Source of the DNA: Paraspadella gotoi
Lineage: Eukaryota > Animalia > Chaetognatha
Direction of reading: 5' to 3'
Length of the DNA: 64,000 bases
Assembly (NCBI GenBank): GCA_051294375.1
Contig: CM119267.1
Span: 14,935,694 to 14,999,693, forward strand
A model generated the notes under the pieces. It searched no databases, was not told the origin of the DNA, and worked only from the letters and a program-made list of their open reading frames with translations. Both the position numbers and the translations under genes were made by a program. Of the stretch, positions 61,096 through 64,000 are shown in pieces. The first letter of the stretch is position 1. The number at the start of each line of letters is the position of its first letter.

Positions 61096-62751
61096 CCGCC
61101 CCTCCGTCTCCTCCGCCTCCAGTCGCCGTCACCGTCCCCGTCGCCACGCCCACCACTCCGGCCTTTAACTGCCTGTCGATCTCCCCTCTGTACCGCCTTA
61201 ATCGGTTCAAAAACTTGGCGTGTCTCGCTACTTCGTCCTCTTCGTTATTCTCGTGCTCCACCACATCTTGGAATGCTTCGTGAATCCGGTTTTAGACGTC
61301 GACGAAAACTTGGCCATGATGTGAGACCCGTCAACGCTGCCCAACGCCTCCACCAGCTTCTCCCCATCTCCTCCAAGTGCCTCGTCGACAACTGGAGCCC
61401 CTCGTAAGGCCCTCGATCCATGCCCGAGTAGGTACTCTCCAGGGTATAGCTCATCTCCACGTTGAACTCTTTCCAGACGACCACTCGGGCCGTCGACGCC
61501 CTCTCCTTCTGCACCATGAAGGACGAATTGCGAAGAGCGAAGGCGGGCGCCGTCTCGTGGAGGATGAGCGGAAGTTCCGGTAGGAGAGAGGCTCCTTCTT
61601 CTTCCCGTCCTTCTTTCGACTCCCACGTCAGATTCCCGCTGCAGCCGTAGAGGAAGATGTTCTTGAAGAGAGAGTGGCCGTGGAGGTCGCAGAAAAGCTT
61701 GACCCGTTTGCGGGACACGTGGTGGATGTACTGGAAGAGGCCCTTGGCGTTGTAGATGGTCGGGTGGAGATCGGGGTTCGGGTTTAGCCACCGGCGGTTC
61801 AGGTCTTCGCCTGCGGGAAATTAAGTTTAATTTATATTATGTTATCTCTAACTGGAGGGCTCTGGGCCTAACTAAGTCTCACGTCTATCGAAAACGGAAA
61901 GGCATGGGAGGTGAATAAGTATATTTCATATCTGGGTTCTATACTCTATCCGAAAATATAAAAAGGTCCAAAAAAAGGGGAGAGAGAAAGAGCTAGAAGA
62001 GAGGGAAAAGATGGACTGGCACCTAAACTTGTAATCGCAACCCGAATCCCCGTGAGGAGGATGAGAGGGAGGAGGAAAAGAGAGAGAAATAGATGTGAGC
62101 TTTAGTAGTAGCCCGCGTAGTCTACCGGCCTTCGATTCTGGTTATGTTATACCCAAAACATCAAACAATAATCTCCACATTCTAACCCGTTAAAGACGTT
62201 CGGTGACATCCGTTGATGACCCCGTCGGGTTCAGCATCGGCACAACCTTGAAGATGAACTTGTCCCGCAAATACTTCGCTCCTTCGGCATCACTCAAGAG
62301 GAAGTTGACGCAACCCTAGGCGCGAAAAAATAAGAAAAACAAATTAAGAAACTAAGCAAACACACTAAGAGAGTTTGCCGCTTTCTTATCCCGCACTTGC
62401 ATGATCCACGAGGCGTTGGACTCTCCCCGATGCACCCGCGCCGTCAACACCACGTTAGTCTCGCTTCCCGACGCGATAGGCCATCGGACCGCCAGCGGCC
62501 GGCATGCTCGTGATCGTCAGCACCGGAACGTCGTTCCGCCGAAGTCTTGCAGAGAATTTGACGTCGGTAGAAGATTGTCTTTTTGTCGATGTCTTTTTCC
62601 TTTTTTCGGGATGAAGATGAATTGCATACGGAGTCGTTCAAAAATTTGAGTCTTTTTTTTTCTTTTCCTTTTTTTCAAACTCTTTTTTTTTCTCCGATAC
62701 TTTTTTGTTTCTTTTCTCTCTTTTTCTCAAGACCTCTACCTCCTGATCTCT

Positions 62752-62850
<99 letters not shown>

Positions 62851-63710
62851 CATCTCTCCCTCAAAGTCCTCACCCCTTATCCACGCCACAGCGCCGAAAA
62901 ACGTGTAAGGATAATGAAAGGCGATGTAGCAGACGTCGGCGGAATAAGGAAACCGAATCTCGAAGGAGAGAGTGTAGAAAACTTGTCCGCTCGCTTCTTT
63001 CCTTTCCCGTTGTAGATGGTGTTGCGGAAGTAGGTGATGTTGTCGCCGACGCGACGCCAACACGGCCGTCCCACCGTCGCCTCCTCCACCGAATACATCA
63101 CCGGCTGCATCCCGTGGTTGAACTGGGAGATGCGCTTCTCCAGGTTCATGATGTTGAACCTAGAATGGGGGGGAAGTTTTCTGTTGGATTAAATTTTGAA
63201 TGATTGCGGGAACTGACAACCTATATCGTATCATTTGTGACTTATTTGATGAAACATTAATGAAACTTTAATTAGTTTTTAAAATCGATTAAACAGTTAC
63301 AAATGAAATCAGTCGTCAGTTGCAGGTATCCCCGCAAAAAAAGTTCAACGTGTCACGAATTTTGTTTCGGTCAACTATAAAACATAACTATAAAAAAAAT
63401 TAATCTTTCACCTGTAAGGAACTTTTTCGGCCCATGTGCGAAACTTCGAAATAAAACCATTGGTGATGATGTCCCGTGTTGATGTCGTTTCTCAAGAATA
63501 AGTTGTAGTCTCTCTCGCCGACCTGCATTGGTTTGAACTTTACTTTTCATTAATTTCATTAATTACATTACTACATCTTAACGCTGTGATTCCCTATCAT
63601 GATTTCTAACATCGCTTCAGTGACTCACCTGACAGACTTTCCGAAGATTTCCGCTTTCGAAGCGACTCTCGAACTTGAGCGGGGCTCCTCCGCCCATCAC
63701 GACGATGCGG
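60943..63710 (-). CDS. AGTPBP1: Cytosolic carboxypeptidase (M14D, Nna1/CCP1-CCP4 type tubulin deglutamylase), 3' exons; the 5' part is probably beyond the window
   Basis: Exons on the minus strand: 63710-63629 ([17 protein letters not shown]); 63522-63412 ([23 protein letters not shown]); 63159-62874 ([27 protein letters not shown]); ~62640-62397 ([19 protein letters not shown]); 62315-62187 ([15 protein letters not shown]); 61810-60943 ([22 protein letters not shown]). Several 1-bp frameshifts. Confidence 0.88.
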
Positions 63711-63729
63711 CTGTGGAATAAAGAGCTTA

Positions 63730-63846
<117 letters not shown>

Positions 63847-64000
63847 CATTGACTATTGTTGTGGAATTCATAATTTTCCAATCACTGGGTTTTTCGTTTG
63901 CTTTTTATTAACGAAGCTTTTTACTAAAATGTCATATAGGCCGCAGAAAGCGTGCCCAACTGCCTATGGCCGCATCCGTAGATCATTCATTCATTCATTC

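Noticed and set aside
60570-61283. Plus-strand Pro/Ser-rich ORFs
   Set aside because: Antisense shadows of the carboxypeptidase last exon across a duplicated gap junction.

Overview
Intron-rich, microsatellite-rich eukaryotic (animal-like) DNA from a gapped draft assembly; several stretches look like uncorrected long-read fill with many 1-bp indels. Four protein-coding loci can be built by hand. (1) 98-6793 (+): an 11-exon type-I membrane protein with signal peptide, thyroglobulin type-1 and Kunitz modules, a bacterial-looking galactose-binding-like beta-sandwich, a TM helix and a Pro/Lys-rich tail. (2) 8088-11804 (+): a secreted prepro-protein whose three shared exons can splice to any of three paralogous terminal exons, each encoding an acidic spacer, a furin site and a different His-rich peptide. 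(3) about 43.2-48.4 kb (+): a frameshift-riddled LRRC74-like LRR gene. (4) 60943-63710 (-): the catalytic half of a CCP1/AGTPBP1-type cytosolic carboxypeptidase. A ~4.2 kb segment (21.5-25.6 kb) recurs inverted at 30.8-36.0 kb. Only the second copy carries a 780-bp non-coding insertion (31870-32649), flanked by a 4-bp AAAT duplication and built as two ~265-bp direct repeats. Each repeat contains, on the minus strand, a circularly permuted (type-P5) twister ribozyme fold. This retrozyme-like element, with twister rather than hammerhead ribozymes, is the most interesting signal in the window.
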